A model generated the notes under the pieces. That model was not told the DNA's origin, did no database searches, and worked only from the letters and a program-made list of their open reading frames with translations. From Flavobacteriales bacterium (GTDB lineage: Bacteria; Bacteroidota; Bacteroidia; Flavobacteriales_D; Parvicellaceae): a stretch of 64,000 nucleotides of DNA. A program made the position numbers and the translations under genes. The stretch covers positions 6,160-70,159 of the forward strand of contig JADHMB010000004.1 in NCBI GenBank assembly GCA_016780365.1, written 5' to 3'. Below are positions 47,388-58,742 of this stretch, one piece after another; positions within the stretch are counted from its first letter, which is position 1, and each line of letters opens with the position of its first letter.

Positions 47388-48130
47388 AAAATAGAACTAA
47401 AATATATTTTGCTTCTGATTTTCATTTAGGAAGTCATAATGACAGTAAAGATAGAGAGGATAGAATAATCCGTTGGCTATCTTCTATTGAAAACGATGCA
47501 AAAGAAATTTTTCTTGTTGGAGATATTTTCGATTTTTGGTTTGAACACAAGCATACTGTCCCCAAAGGAAACACTCGGTTTCTAGGTAAGCTTGCAGCCT
47601 TAATAGATAATGGTATTGATATCCATATTTTTACAGGAAATCACGACCTGTGGATGTTTGGTTATTTAGAAAAAGAAATTGGAGTAAAAGTACTTAAGAA
47701 ACCTATTTTAAGAGAAATAGATGGTAGTATTTTTTTTATTGGTCATGGAGACGGACTTGGACCAGGTGACAATAAATATAAGTTCGTAAAAAAGTTTTTT
47801 ACCAACCCGTTTTGTCAATGGCTATTTTCTAAAATTCATCCCAATTTAAGTTTTTCATTAGCAAGGTATTGGTCTAGGAAAAGCAGAGAGAATGAAAAAG
47901 GAGGAAGTCCTTCGTTTCTTGGCGAAGAAAAGGAATGGTTAATTCAATTTAGTAAAGAGGAATATCAAAAAAATAAAGACATTAATTACTTTATTTTTGG
48001 TCATAGACATTTTCCTATAGAGCACAAATTAGATAAAGATTGTATATATATAAATCTAGGTGATTGGATAAATCACTTCACCTATGCGGTTTACAATGGA
48101 AAAACCACCGAACTTAAGAAATTTAAGTAG
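47384..48130 (+). CDS. lpxH: UDP-2,3-diacylglucosamine diphosphatase, apparently starting at a non-canonical ATA
   Basis: The frame is open from 47369. It encodes KIYFASDFHLG (D-x-H), LVGDIFDFW (GD-x2-D), TGNHDLW (GNHD) and FIFGHRH. The first ATG (47654) lies downstream of three of these motifs, and there is no ATG, GTG or TTG between 47369 and 47650. The ATA at 47384 gives (M)KNRTKIYFASDFHLG. Confidence 0.75.
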   Translation: MKNRTKIYFASDFHLGSHNDSKDREDRIIRWLSSIENDAKEIFLVGDIFDFWFEHKHTVPKGNTRFLGKLAALIDNGIDIHIFTGNHDLWMFGYLEKEIGVKVLKKPILREIDGSIFFIGHGDGLGPGDNKYKFVKKFFTNPFCQWLFSKIHPNLSFSLARYWSRKSRENEKGGSPSFLGEEKEWLIQFSKEEYQKNKDINYFIFGHRHFPIEHKLDKDCIYINLGDWINHFTYAVYNGKTTELKKFK

Positions 48131-48136
48131 AATAAA

Positions 48137-49191
<1,055 letters not shown>

Positions 49192-49211
49192 AAATAATAT
49201 TTTGATAAATT

Positions 49212-52200
49212 TTAGTACTTGATAAATTTGACTACTTCTTGTTCTTCACCAGCTTTAACAACAACTAAGTAAGTACCCATTGATAATTCAGAAGCATTTA
49301 TTGGAGAACTATTATTTCCTTTATTCATTCTAACATTATTATATAATGTTTTTACTAAACTACCATTCAAATTATAAATTGAAATATTTACAAGACTAGA
49401 ACTATTTAGATCAAATGAAATATTTGCATTTTGAACTACAGGATTAGGGTAAATTTTACTAGAAGATATATTTTTAGAAACTTCATTTTGAACAATTGGT
49501 TCAGATAATGAAAGTAAATTATCAGCTCTCCAAACTCCTCTTCCATAAGTACAAGCATAAATAGCTCCAGGATTATTTACTTGTCTGTATCCACCTTCCA
49601 TTGGATCTTCCCAATCTCTCCACTGTTGACAAATGTCGTAAACTGGAATAGTCCCAATCTCTGTATTATTAGAAACCCAATTTGTACTAGACCCAGCAAT
49701 ATTATCAGTTGAGAAAACTCCGTATGTAGTTCCTATTATAATAACATCTGTAGTAGGATCTCTTTCAACAATACATCCAAAAACTGGCATATCTGGTAAA
49801 TCACCGTCAATAGAATTAAAAGATGGATTGGAAGACGTAGCATTTGTTGAATAATAAACATGATTGGTTGATGTTCCTGAAGTAACTACACATACATTGT
49901 CTGGATTATTTGGATCCACAGAAATGTCAGTTATAGTTCCTGGGAAATTGGATACACTTTCGTAGTGAACTTTGTATGAAATTTCTGAACCATTTTGTTT
50001 TGTATATAGATTTCCATCCTGAGCAAAATTAATTTGATTCACTAAAGAACCAGTAATAAAATTACCAGTTGCAATTTCTATCAAAGTATCAGTTGCTGAA
50101 GGTCTGTAAGCAATATCAGCTTCTTGCTTTGAATAAGCATTTCCAAGACCTGTGATTCTAACAAGACTTCCATTGTAAGAACCACACCATGCATAGTTCA
50201 TATCATGTGAAATTTCAAAACTTCTTATTGAACTTGATAAATTATAAATTCTCCACCATTCAGGAACAGTAGTATATCTCATCATATCTCTAGTAACGTA
50301 AACTGAAGCATCATTTTGTGTTATAAAATAAGATTGAACATAGTCAGGTAGAGTAAGAGTATCAGCACCAGTGACAGTTACAAATGTATCAGTTCCTACG
50401 ATATTCATTGTATCGTATACATTTAAGTTTTGAGTTAGAACATGTTTGATAGGAATGCCAAATGATTTACTGTAGTAGGTAATAGTATCACCACTTAATT
50501 TATCCTCACTAGGAACATATTCTACAGAATCTTTAGTATTTAAATCCTCAGGATTTTCCATAAGCGCAATAGCATTGTAAAAAGGACCACAGTTCTCACC
50601 AACAATTCCTGTACATGGTGCAGGAACGGATTGGCTAGTAGTTCCTCCATCACTAGATCTAGAGATAGAACCATTGTATACCGTAGTTACAAATGCATTA
50701 CTATTTAAATAGGAAACTTCACATTCGAAACCGTCTCCTCCAGAAACTTGCGCAAATTCCTTAGACCATGGCATGGAGTTATCTTTGTACTGAGTACCAT
50801 TATCTTGAGATCCAGCAATTACAGAACCATTTCCTCCAAAAGCCATAGAGTAAAACTGAGTTACATTGTATCCTTTATTAATTACAGAACCAAATTGGTT
50901 GGTACCGGATCCTCCAGTTCTAACCTGAACACCACCATCGTTGCCAACAAATAATGTATAATCATTCTTCCATAAAAGACGATGGTTGTCGGCATGAATA
51001 TAAATAGGCACAGAAGGGTCTACATACCAAGCTGAAACTGCATACCATTGGCCATTTTCTGGGTCTGCAGAATTTGGAGTATGTACCCATGACCATAAAT
51101 CGATTCCACCAATTATACATTCTTCACCGTCAGGTCTTGATGTAACAACCAAATCATAATTACCTTGACCACTTCTTCCCGTTAAAGGAGTGAAGTTTCC
51201 TGTAGCACCTGGAGCTATTTGATACCATGTAGTACCATTATCTACTGATCTATAAACTCCTCCAAGAGTACCGGCAGAGGATGCAAATAAGGCATATAGA
51301 GTATAATTATTAGCATCATTTTTATTCTTAGAAATAGCATATTCTCCTCTAATTGTACCAGTTCCTGATAATTCACCGTTAGAATGTAAATCTGTCCAAT
51401 TAAGACCTCCATCTTGGCTAATCCACGATCTTATTCCACCTTGATCTAAGCCTAAAATCATAACTTGTCCATCTTCTGAAACCTTCAAGTCACCAATTGT
51501 AGCATTGGTCGGAATTCCAGAAATAGTATTAGCTTCAGGGATGACATTCATTCCCTGTTCAATTTTATTTAATCCAACACCCATTCCAACAAAATAAGCG
51601 CCATTAGGATCGTTCGGGTTGGTAACCACTTTTAAAATATCTTTGTTGTCAGTACCTGGAATTTGATTAAAGGTTGGTGAACTGGTGTTAATATTGGAAC
51701 TTACCCAAACACCATCTCCGTCTATAAGGCCTTCACCAAATCTTGAACCTCCAGTAGCAACGTACAACATATTACCATTATCAGAAAAAGCAATAGATGA
51801 AATACCAAGTGATCCTACACCACCTGCACTGTTTACCATAGTATTGTCGAATTCTTGGACTCTAGTCCAATTTGAACCACCATTTACTGTTTTGAAAAGA
51901 CCTCCAGAAACAGAGCCTGCATACATTACATTATCGTCATTTGGGTGAATAGCTATTCCTCTTGTTCTTCCACCGACATTATCAGGTCCTTCTTCAACAA
52001 AACTTAAATTGGTAGATCTGGACTGCATTCTTTGAAGAACTTGATCTTTCGCAGCTGCCAATTTGGCTAATTCAACTTTTCCAGTAACAACATCCTTATA
52101 CATTAATTCTGCATACTCTTGGGCACCCTTAGCACCAGCAAAAGCTTTGGAATCTGAAATTTCTTTAAAAGAATATTTTCTAGAAATATTATTATCGTTT

Positions 52201-52268
52201 TTTGACAAGGAGTAGAAAGATATTACAACTCCTAAAAACATTAACAGATATAAAACTATTTTTTTCAT
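49212..52268 (-). CDS. Secreted BNR/Asp-box (sortilin/VPS10- or GH74-like beta-propeller) repeat protein with a T9SS type A C-terminal sorting domain
   Basis: Has a signal anchor. Contains multiple S-x-D-x-G-x-T/N-W-like boxes (TVNGGSNWTRV, SQDGGLNWTDL, SVDNGTTWYQI, SSDGGTT). The C-terminus is KIYPNPVVQNANISF...ISIYNLNGSLV...GTYLVVVKAGEE..VKFIKY. Confidence 0.7.
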   Translation of the reverse strand: MKKIVLYLLMFLGVVISFYSLSKNDNNISRKYSFKEISDSKAFAGAKGAQEYAELMYKDVVTGKVELAKLAAAKDQVLQRMQSRSTNLSFVEEGPDNVGGRTRGIAIHPNDDNVMYAGSVSGGLFKTVNGGSNWTRVQEFDNTMVNSAGGVGSLGISSIAFSDNGNMLYVATGGSRFGEGLIDGDGVWVSSNINTSSPTFNQIPGTDNKDILKVVTNPNDPNGAYFVGMGVGLNKIEQGMNVIPEANTISGIPTNATIGDLKVSEDGQVMILGLDQGGIRSWISQDGGLNWTDLHSNGELSGTGTIRGEYAISKNKNDANNYTLYALFASSAGTLGGVYRSVDNGTTWYQIAPGATGNFTPLTGRSGQGNYDLVVTSRPDGEECIIGGIDLWSWVHTPNSADPENGQWYAVSAWYVDPSVPIYIHADNHRLLWKNDYTLFVGNDGGVQVRTGGSGTNQFGSVINKGYNVTQFYSMAFGGNGSVIAGSQDNGTQYKDNSMPWSKEFAQVSGGDGFECEVSYLNSNAFVTTVYNGSISRSSDGGTTSQSVPAPCTGIVGENCGPFYNAIALMENPEDLNTKDSVEYVPSEDKLSGDTITYYSKSFGIPIKHVLTQNLNVYDTMNIVGTDTFVTVTGADTLTLPDYVQSYFITQNDASVYVTRDMMRYTTVPEWWRIYNLSSSIRSFEISHDMNYAWCGSYNGSLVRITGLGNAYSKQEADIAYRPSATDTLIEIATGNFITGSLVNQINFAQDGNLYTKQNGSEISYKVHYESVSNFPGTITDISVDPNNPDNVCVVTSGTSTNHVYYSTNATSSNPSFNSIDGDLPDMPVFGCIVERDPTTDVIIIGTTYGVFSTDNIAGSSTNWVSNNTEIGTIPVYDICQQWRDWEDPMEGGYRQVNNPGAIYACTYGRGVWRADNLLSLSEPIVQNEVSKNISSSKIYPNPVVQNANISFDLNSSSLVNISIYNLNGSLVKTLYNNVRMNKGNNSSPINASELSMGTYLVVVKAGEEQEVVKFIKY

Positions 52269-52357
52269 GGATATTTATTTAACTACTTCAAAGATACAAA
52301 TTATTAAATTATTCAAGCAGTTGTTGAATGAATTTTATTAAAAATAAATTAAACAAT

Positions 52358-53218
52358 TTAAAATAAGTGTTTTTCAGCGTGATAACTAGACCTAACCAAA
52401 GGACCACTTTCAACAAACCTAAACCCCGCTTTTAGACCAAATTCTTTATATTTTGCAAACTGCTCTGGTGTTATAAATTCTTCAACAGGTGCATGTTTTG
52501 GTGTTGGTTGTAAATACTGACCTATAGTTACAATATCAACTTTCACAGATCTTAAATCTTCAAGAGTTTCAAAAACTTCTTCTTCTGTCTCTCCTAATCC
52601 CAGCATTAAGCCAGACTTCGTTTTCATCCCTCCTTGTTTAAGACGTAACAAAAGCTCTAAACTTCTGTTGTATTTTGCTTGTACTCTAATTGTTTTTGTT
52701 AGTCTTCTAACAGTTTCAATATTATGAGAAACAATTTCTGGAGCAACTTCAATTATGTTATTCAAGTTTTCCCAAATTCCAGCAAAATCCGGAATTAAAG
52801 TCTCTAACGTAGTAGTAGGAGATTGTCTTCGAATTGCTTTGACAGTACTTACCCAAATATTGGAACCTCCATCTGGTAAGTCGTCACGGTCAACAGAAGT
52901 AATTACCGCATGCTTAACTTTCATCAATTTAACTGAATTAGCCACTCTTCCAGGCTCAAAAACATCTACAGCTTCGGGTTTTCCTGTAGCAACTGCACAA
53001 AAACCACAAGATCTTGTACAAACATTACCCAAAATCATAAAAGTAGCTGTACCAGCACCCCAACATTCACCCATGTTTGGACAATTCCCACTTTCACATA
53101 TTGTGTGAAGTTTATGTTCGGTAACAAGGTTTCTTACATTTTTATAAGATTCCCCAGTAGGTAATTTTACTTTAAGCCATTTCGGCTTTTTAGTTTTCAC
53201 AGCAGTATCAACACTCAT
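52358..53218 (-). CDS. lipA: Lipoyl synthase
   Basis: Has the auxiliary cluster motif [12 protein letters not shown] and the radical-SAM motif CTRSCGFC. Length is 286 aa. Confidence 0.95.
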   Translation of the reverse strand: MSVDTAVKTKKPKWLKVKLPTGESYKNVRNLVTEHKLHTICESGNCPNMGECWGAGTATFMILGNVCTRSCGFCAVATGKPEAVDVFEPGRVANSVKLMKVKHAVITSVDRDDLPDGGSNIWVSTVKAIRRQSPTTTLETLIPDFAGIWENLNNIIEVAPEIVSHNIETVRRLTKTIRVQAKYNRSLELLLRLKQGGMKTKSGLMLGLGETEEEVFETLEDLRSVKVDIVTIGQYLQPTPKHAPVEEFITPEQFAKYKEFGLKAGFRFVESGPLVRSSYHAEKHLF

Positions 53219-53979
53219 TAATAAAATTTATTTCCGATAGAACAATTAATATATACACTAGGATAAAATCTGTAGTTGTTATTTTCTACCATTAAAATTA
53301 TAGGTTTAGAAAAGACATCAAGACAAACCCCAACCTCCAAAGAATTTATGATTTCTCGATTACTTGAATAATCAAAATCAAGTCCCAACTTAAAAAACAT
53401 ACCTGGATTTATTTTTGTTTCCATTAAACCAGCTGCCCAAGAAGCTCTGCCATAAATATTATAAAAGTTATGTAATTCAGGATCGTATCTTTCTGTTGCA
53501 ATTCCTGCAATTCTTCCTGAAAAATCGTATTTAAAAACTTCTAAAAAAACTGGTTTCACTAGGCCTAAGGATGGCCCTACTGTGTAATTCATTGTAATCT
53601 GTAAACCATTTTCTCTTAGTTTTTCATATAAAATTTTTCTATTTCCGAAACCCAATCTTACAGTGTAAAGAGAGTTTAACTTGCCAAAAATAAATTTCTT
53701 CGCATTTTCATCGAAAGATCCAAATATTTTATACTCTTTATCGTGGTTGATGCTTACTAGATCTACATTAATTAAAGATTTTTTCTTGTAGGTTTTAAAC
53801 TTAGACGTACCATAGTTCAATGCAAAACCGCTAGAATGAACAGTACCTCCCAACCAAATTTCTTTAGAAATTCTCACCATCAACTTTTCATTAACAGGTA
53901 CCTGAGAAAAAACAGAAATTAAAAAAGTCTGAAATAATAATATTAATGAAAGGGTTGCTATTCTATACATCAATAACAA
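53218..53979 (-). CDS. Secreted hypothetical protein, possible small outer-membrane beta-barrel
   Basis: Has a signal peptide (..LISVFSQ), alternating-hydrophobicity strands and a C-terminal ..GNKFY. Its stop overlaps the lipA ATG (TAATG). Confidence 0.4.
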   Translation of the reverse strand: MLLMYRIATLSLILLFQTFLISVFSQVPVNEKLMVRISKEIWLGGTVHSSGFALNYGTSKFKTYKKKSLINVDLVSINHDKEYKIFGSFDENAKKFIFGKLNSLYTVRLGFGNRKILYEKLRENGLQITMNYTVGPSLGLVKPVFLEVFKYDFSGRIAGIATERYDPELHNFYNIYGRASWAAGLMETKINPGMFFKLGLDFDYSSNREIINSLEVGVCLDVFSKPIILMVENNNYRFYPSVYINCSIGNKFY

Positions 53980-54046
53980 AAATAAAGAAAATGTAGAATA
54001 AAAAGAATTGTTTAAAGGAAAGTTTAAAACAAATAAAGTACTTTAA

Positions 54047-54223
54047 TTAAAAGTTGGCTTTTTTAGTTTTTTTATCTTGCAATGTAATTAACTCTTTATG
54101 GTTATCCTCTTGAGCATTTAAACTGTAAGCTGGACATGTTTTCTGTGGTGGTTGGAATACAAAACAAGAAGACAAAGAGGACAAAACTATAATTGCAAAT
54201 GTGTAAGTGAATAATTTTTTCAT
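54047..54223 (-). CDS. Small (58 aa) putative lipoprotein, below the ORF-track length cutoff
   Basis: Hand translation gives MKKLFTYTFAIIVLSSLSSCFVFQPPQKTCPAYSLNAQEDNHKELITLQDKKTKKANF*. It has a classical signal plus an LSSC lipobox and lies in an otherwise empty 342-nt gap. Confidence 0.5.
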   Translation of the reverse strand: MKKLFTYTFAIIVLSSLSSCFVFQPPQKTCPAYSLNAQEDNHKELITLQDKKTKKANF

Positions 54224-54321
54224 GATTTTTTCGTAATAGCTATTAACAAAATTATTAAAAAAGACATACCAACAATAAAATCAAATGATTTTTATTTAAT
54301 TGAAGGAGAATTAATAACAAA

Positions 54322-54987
54322 TTGAATACAAAACAATTACATAGAGAATGGATATCCATATTTGAAAAAGAGTTTTCTAAAAAATATTTTCAAAAAATAA
54401 ATAGTGAAGTAAATAATTGCAGCTCTAATAAGTTACTATGTCCAAAAAAAGAAAATATCTTCAAAGCATTTGAAAAAACAAACTTTACTGATTTAAAAAT
54501 AGTAATCTTAGGCCAAGACCCCTACCATGGCAATGACCAAGCAAACGGACTTGCATTTGCAGTCAATGAAAATCAAAAGACCCCACCCTCTTTAAGAAAT
54601 ATTTTTAAAGAAATTAAAAACGACTTAAATCACCATACGCAAACCAAAAAAAATCTTGAATTTTGGGCAAAACAAGGAGTTCTTTTATTAAATTCCTCAT
54701 TGACTGTAAAGTTAGGAACAGCAAACTCTCATAGTAATTTAGGATGGGATTTATTTACCAATAATATCTTAAAAGAAATTTCGTTATTGAAAAATAAAGT
54801 TGTTTTTATTTTATGGGGGAATTACGCCCAGAAAAAGGAAATTTTAATAGATTTTAAAAAGCATCTTATTTTAAAAGCACCACACCCATCCCCTCTTTCA
54901 GCATATAGAGGTTTTTTTGGTTGTAAACATTTTTCTAAGGCAAATGAGTTTTTAAAATCGAACCATTTAAAAGAAATTATTTGGTAA
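54322..54987 (+). CDS. ung: Uracil-DNA glycosylase (family 1)
   Basis: Has GQDPYHG, the water-activating loop context, and HPSPLSA. The start is a TTG. Confidence 0.9.
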   Translation: MNTKQLHREWISIFEKEFSKKYFQKINSEVNNCSSNKLLCPKKENIFKAFEKTNFTDLKIVILGQDPYHGNDQANGLAFAVNENQKTPPSLRNIFKEIKNDLNHHTQTKKNLEFWAKQGVLLLNSSLTVKLGTANSHSNLGWDLFTNNILKEISLLKNKVVFILWGNYAQKKEILIDFKKHLILKAPHPSPLSAYRGFFGCKHFSKANEFLKSNHLKEIIW

Positions 54988-56648
54988 GAATGGGTTTAAA
55001 GAAAACAATAGTATTCATCTTTTTTTTTCCAATATTATTTTTTGGACAACAAGTAAATTTCTTAGAAATTTATAAGAATCTTGAGCTTTTTAAAGCCGAA
55101 AAAATTAATTCTAACAGAGTTAGAGAACTAGTAAATAATATTTTGCTTTCAGAAATTGAAAGTGGATATTTTACTTGTAATGTTGACTCGATAAATCTAA
55201 AAAATCAAAAATTAAAAATCTATTTACAGACTGGAAATCTAATTTCATTAAACAGTATAAAAGTAAATTCACCAAATTCTTTATCGCTTAAACTAAGAGA
55301 GGATTTTATTAGTGATAAAACTTATTTTAATGCCAATGATTTTTCTGAGAAAATAAAAAAATGGATTGTTCTGATGAATAACAATGGATTTCCATTTGCC
55401 GAATTTGAATTCGAAAAGAGTGAAATTATAAACTCAAAAATTAATTTAATATGTAATTTAATCTCTGGACCTTTGGTAAAAATTGATTCTATTATAAATC
55501 CAGAAATCACTAAAAAAGAACTACAACTTGTATATAAATTTACAGACATTAGAAATGGAGACCTATTTGAACTAAATAAGATTTATAAAATCAGTGAAAA
55601 TATTAAAAACACAGGATTTATTGAAGAAATAAGACCGCCAGCATATGAGTTTATTGACAACAAAGCATCCATATATACTTACTTTAAACCACAGTCCAAA
55701 AATAGTATAAATGGCCTTGTTGGCATTCAACCTGGAGAAAATGAAACTGTACAATTTACAGGAAATGTAGCTCTAAATTTTCAAAATGCTTTGAGCTATG
55801 GTGAAGTACTTAAATTTAATTGGAGAAGAATGTTCAACTCTTCACAAAATCTTATTGCTGAGCTTAGTTATCCATTTCTATTTAATACAAATTTCGAAGT
55901 TCAAGGAGGACTAGATATGATTAAGAAAGACAGTTCGTTTTTTAATTTTAATTCAAAGCTGATAATTAATTATAAATCCAACTCCAATTTTTCTAATGGC
56001 TTTTTATTTACAAACAATAATTCTACCAACCTCTTAGAAGATGAATATAGCTCCACATCTGTTAATAGCTTTGGGTTTGTAACCAATTTTAAAAAACTAG
56101 ACAATCCATTCAACCCTAGAAAAGGATTTAAAATTAAAAGTGAAATTGCTTATGGATGGAAAGAAACTTATGCAATAGACACAGTGGCCAATAACATTCT
56201 AAAATCACCAAATTTTAATGGGAATTTATCTTTTTCAAGTTATCTGAGCTTACTTAAAAGAACTACGTTTAAAATTAAACTTTCTGGATCTACCATTCAA
56301 AATAATATTCTTTATGAAAATGAATTAACTAGGATAGGCGGCTATAAAACTATAAGAGGGTTTGATGAAGAATCTATATGGGTTAGTTCATTTGTCCTAG
56401 GAAATTTTGAATTTAGATATCTTATTGATGAGAAATCTAATGTTTTTCTTTTCTCAGATTTTGCCTGGACTGAAAGTAAAACCAATAATTTTTTGATGGA
56501 GGATTATTTTCAAAGTTTTGGATTTGGAACCAATATTTCTATGCCAAATGGTCTTTTAACCTTGATTTATGGTTTGGGCAGAAAAATTGACAATCCATTT
56601 CTAATCAGAACAGGGAAAATTCACCTGGGTTTCACAAGTTATTTCTAA
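54981..56648 (+). CDS. Omp85/BamA-TamA-like outer-membrane protein
   Basis: Has a signal peptide. The barrel region carries ..IGGYKTIRGFDEESI...GNFEFRYLI.. and a terminal ..HLGFTSYF (C-terminal Phe). Confidence 0.55.
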   Translation: MVRMGLKKTIVFIFFFPILFFGQQVNFLEIYKNLELFKAEKINSNRVRELVNNILLSEIESGYFTCNVDSINLKNQKLKIYLQTGNLISLNSIKVNSPNSLSLKLREDFISDKTYFNANDFSEKIKKWIVLMNNNGFPFAEFEFEKSEIINSKINLICNLISGPLVKIDSIINPEITKKELQLVYKFTDIRNGDLFELNKIYKISENIKNTGFIEEIRPPAYEFIDNKASIYTYFKPQSKNSINGLVGIQPGENETVQFTGNVALNFQNALSYGEVLKFNWRRMFNSSQNLIAELSYPFLFNTNFEVQGGLDMIKKDSSFFNFNSKLIINYKSNSNFSNGFLFTNNNSTNLLEDEYSSTSVNSFGFVTNFKKLDNPFNPRKGFKIKSEIAYGWKETYAIDTVANNILKSPNFNGNLSFSSYLSLLKRTTFKIKLSGSTIQNNILYENELTRIGGYKTIRGFDEESIWVSSFVLGNFEFRYLIDEKSNVFLFSDFAWTESKTNNFLMEDYFQSFGFGTNISMPNGLLTLIYGLGRKIDNPFLIRTGKIHLGFTSYF

Positions 56649-56684
56649 TTTTAATCAACAAACCTTAGACAAAGTTATTTACTC

Positions 56685-56715
56685 TTGTTTTTTATAAGTC
56701 TAAAAACTACATTTG
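56685..56715 (+). promoter_or_regulatory. Bacteroidetes-type promoter for ahcY
   Basis: There is a TTG at 56685-56687, a 20-nt spacer, then TACATTTG (TAnnTTTG) at 56708-56715. This box ends 17 nt upstream of the ATG at 56733. Confidence 0.45.
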
Positions 56716-56732
56716 CCAAAAAAATATTAAAC

Positions 56733-58043
56733 ATGACTAATTCAGTAAAAGAAAATTTTAAAGTAAAAGATATCAGTCTTTCTGACTGGGGAAGAAAAGA
56801 AATAAGATTAGCAGAAGCAGAAATGCCAGGGTTAATTTCTTTAAGAGAAGAGTACAAAGGCGAATTCCCTCTTAAAGGAGCTAGAATAGCTGGATGTCTT
56901 CACATGACTATTCAAACTGCAGTTCTTATAGAAACCCTTATTGATTTAGGGGCAGAAGTTACTTGGTCCTCATGTAATATATTTTCAACACAAGATCATG
57001 CTGCAGCAGCTATTGCTAAAGAGGGTATTCCAGTGTTTGCTTGGAAAGGAATGAATGACCAAGAATTTGATTGGTGTATTGAACAAACTCTATTTGCCTT
57101 TGAAGACAACCAACCATTGAACATGATTTTAGATGACGGTGGAGATTTAACAAATATGGTTTTGGATAACTATCCAGAACTGGTAAAAGATATCAGAGGT
57201 CTTTCTGAAGAAACAACTACTGGAGTTCACAGACTTTACGAAAGAATGAAGAATGGAACACTTCCAATGCCAGCAATTAATATAAATGACTCTGTAACAA
57301 AATCGAAATTTGACAACAAGTACGGTTGCAAAGAATCATTAGTAGATGCTATAAGAAGATCTACCGATGTAATGATGGCTGGTAAAGTAGCTGTTGTTGC
57401 AGGTTATGGAGACGTTGGTAAAGGATCTGCAGCCTCTCTTCAAGGTGCTGGAGCAAGAGTAATAGTCACAGAAATTGATCCTATTTGCGCACTTCAAGCT
57501 GCAATGGATGGTTTTGAGGTAAAGAAAATGGAAAATGCAGTAGCCGAAGCAGATATAGTGGTTACAGCAACTGGTAATAAAGACATCATTAAAGGAAAGC
57601 ATTTTGAAATGATGAAAGACAAAACTATTGTTTGTAATATCGGACATTTTGACAACGAGATAGATGTTGCTTGGCTTGATAACAACCATGGATCAACAAA
57701 AACTACTATTAAACCACAAGTAGACATGTATACGATAAATGGTAAAGATGTTATCTTATTAGCGGAAGGAAGACTAGTTAACTTGGGATGCGCTACAGGT
57801 CATCCATCTTTTGTAATGAGTAATTCATTTACCAATCAAACATTAGCACAATTAGAGCTGTGGAAAAATAGTGAGAATTATAAAAATGAAGTTTATATGT
57901 TGCCAAAACACCTTGATGAAAAAGTTGCCCTTCTGCACCTTGCAAAAATTGGTGTAGAACTAGAGACTTTAAGAGACGATCAAGCCGAATACATTGGTGT
58001 TAAAGTTGAAGGGCCATTCAAGCCAGAATATTATAGATATTAA
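56733..58043 (+). CDS. ahcY: Adenosylhomocysteinase
   Basis: [20 protein letters not shown], the NAD-binding GYGDVGKG, and a C-terminal ..PEYYRY. The ORF track starts at the TTG at 56685. The ATG at 56733 is preferred because the promoter boxes lie inside that extension. Confidence 0.93.
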   Translation: MTNSVKENFKVKDISLSDWGRKEIRLAEAEMPGLISLREEYKGEFPLKGARIAGCLHMTIQTAVLIETLIDLGAEVTWSSCNIFSTQDHAAAAIAKEGIPVFAWKGMNDQEFDWCIEQTLFAFEDNQPLNMILDDGGDLTNMVLDNYPELVKDIRGLSEETTTGVHRLYERMKNGTLPMPAININDSVTKSKFDNKYGCKESLVDAIRRSTDVMMAGKVAVVAGYGDVGKGSAASLQGAGARVIVTEIDPICALQAAMDGFEVKKMENAVAEADIVVTATGNKDIIKGKHFEMMKDKTIVCNIGHFDNEIDVAWLDNNHGSTKTTIKPQVDMYTINGKDVILLAEGRLVNLGCATGHPSFVMSNSFTNQTLAQLELWKNSENYKNEVYMLPKHLDEKVALLHLAKIGVELETLRDDQAEYIGVKVEGPFKPEYYRY

Positions 58044-58064
58044 TCACCCCATTGGGATATTTAA

Positions 58065-58742
58065 ATGAACTTTTTAAACAGACTTAAATTTTACCTTGTA
58101 GGTTTTATTTTAGGTCTGTTTTTTGTTTATTCTCTTTTCAGCGATAGAGAATGGGATTGGCTTCCTGAAAACAAAATAAAAAATTTCCTTTTGGCCAATC
58201 CGATAAATATTAATATTGAAAAATCAAAAGTCATACATTTAAATGAGAGTTTTTCTAAAAAAGTTTTCGATGTTGTAATAAATGGCAATGTACTTTTCTC
58301 TAAAAGTAAAACCAAAACCGATACCAAAAACTATTTCTTAGAAAGCAACAACGATACTATTTCTATAGATATTTCATTTGATGATTCTACTTGTAGAATC
58401 ACTTCCTTTAATAATCAAAACTTTACCAGAAATCAATCTATCAATCATATAGACACCAATGTTTATATGGATAATTTTAACTTTTATAAAGTTGTAGAAA
58501 AACTGAAAAAAAAGTATAGCAAAGAATTTATTACAGACTTAGAGAATTTTCAATTAAACGAAAAAGATATTGAGAAAAACTTAAAAAAAATTAAGATAAA
58601 CTGGACAAGGTCTAGTGGGTTTAGAATTGCAAATCCTTTTTACATAGGAAGAATAAATATTGAGGGATTAGATTATGAAATCTCCATGGAGAAAGGAAAC
58701 AAGAAAATAAGATTTAAAAGATTAAAAAAAATAATTCACTAA
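58065..58742 (+). CDS. Hypothetical membrane-anchored protein
   Basis: 225 aa with a single N-terminal TM segment (LKFYLVGFILGLFFVYSLF) and no recognised domain. Confidence 0.45.
   Translation: MNFLNRLKFYLVGFILGLFFVYSLFSDREWDWLPENKIKNFLLANPININIEKSKVIHLNESFSKKVFDVVINGNVLFSKSKTKTDTKNYFLESNNDTISIDISFDDSTCRITSFNNQNFTRNQSINHIDTNVYMDNFNFYKVVEKLKKKYSKEFITDLENFQLNEKDIEKNLKKIKINWTRSSGFRIANPFYIGRINIEGLDYEISMEKGNKKIRFKRLKKIIH

Noticed and set aside
52755-53108. A 117-aa plus-strand ORF runs antisense to lipA. Similar antisense ORFs occur in ahcY (57339-57727), tgt (60026-60379), the BNR gene, the DUF4197 gene and other coding regions.
   Set aside because: Each is nested in a well-supported conserved gene on the other strand and has no motifs of its own.
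56649-56732. A possible SAH riboswitch or leader upstream of ahcY.
   Set aside because: The leader is only 84 nt, very AT-rich and mostly occupied by the promoter boxes. No GC-rich pseudoknot-forming segments are visible.
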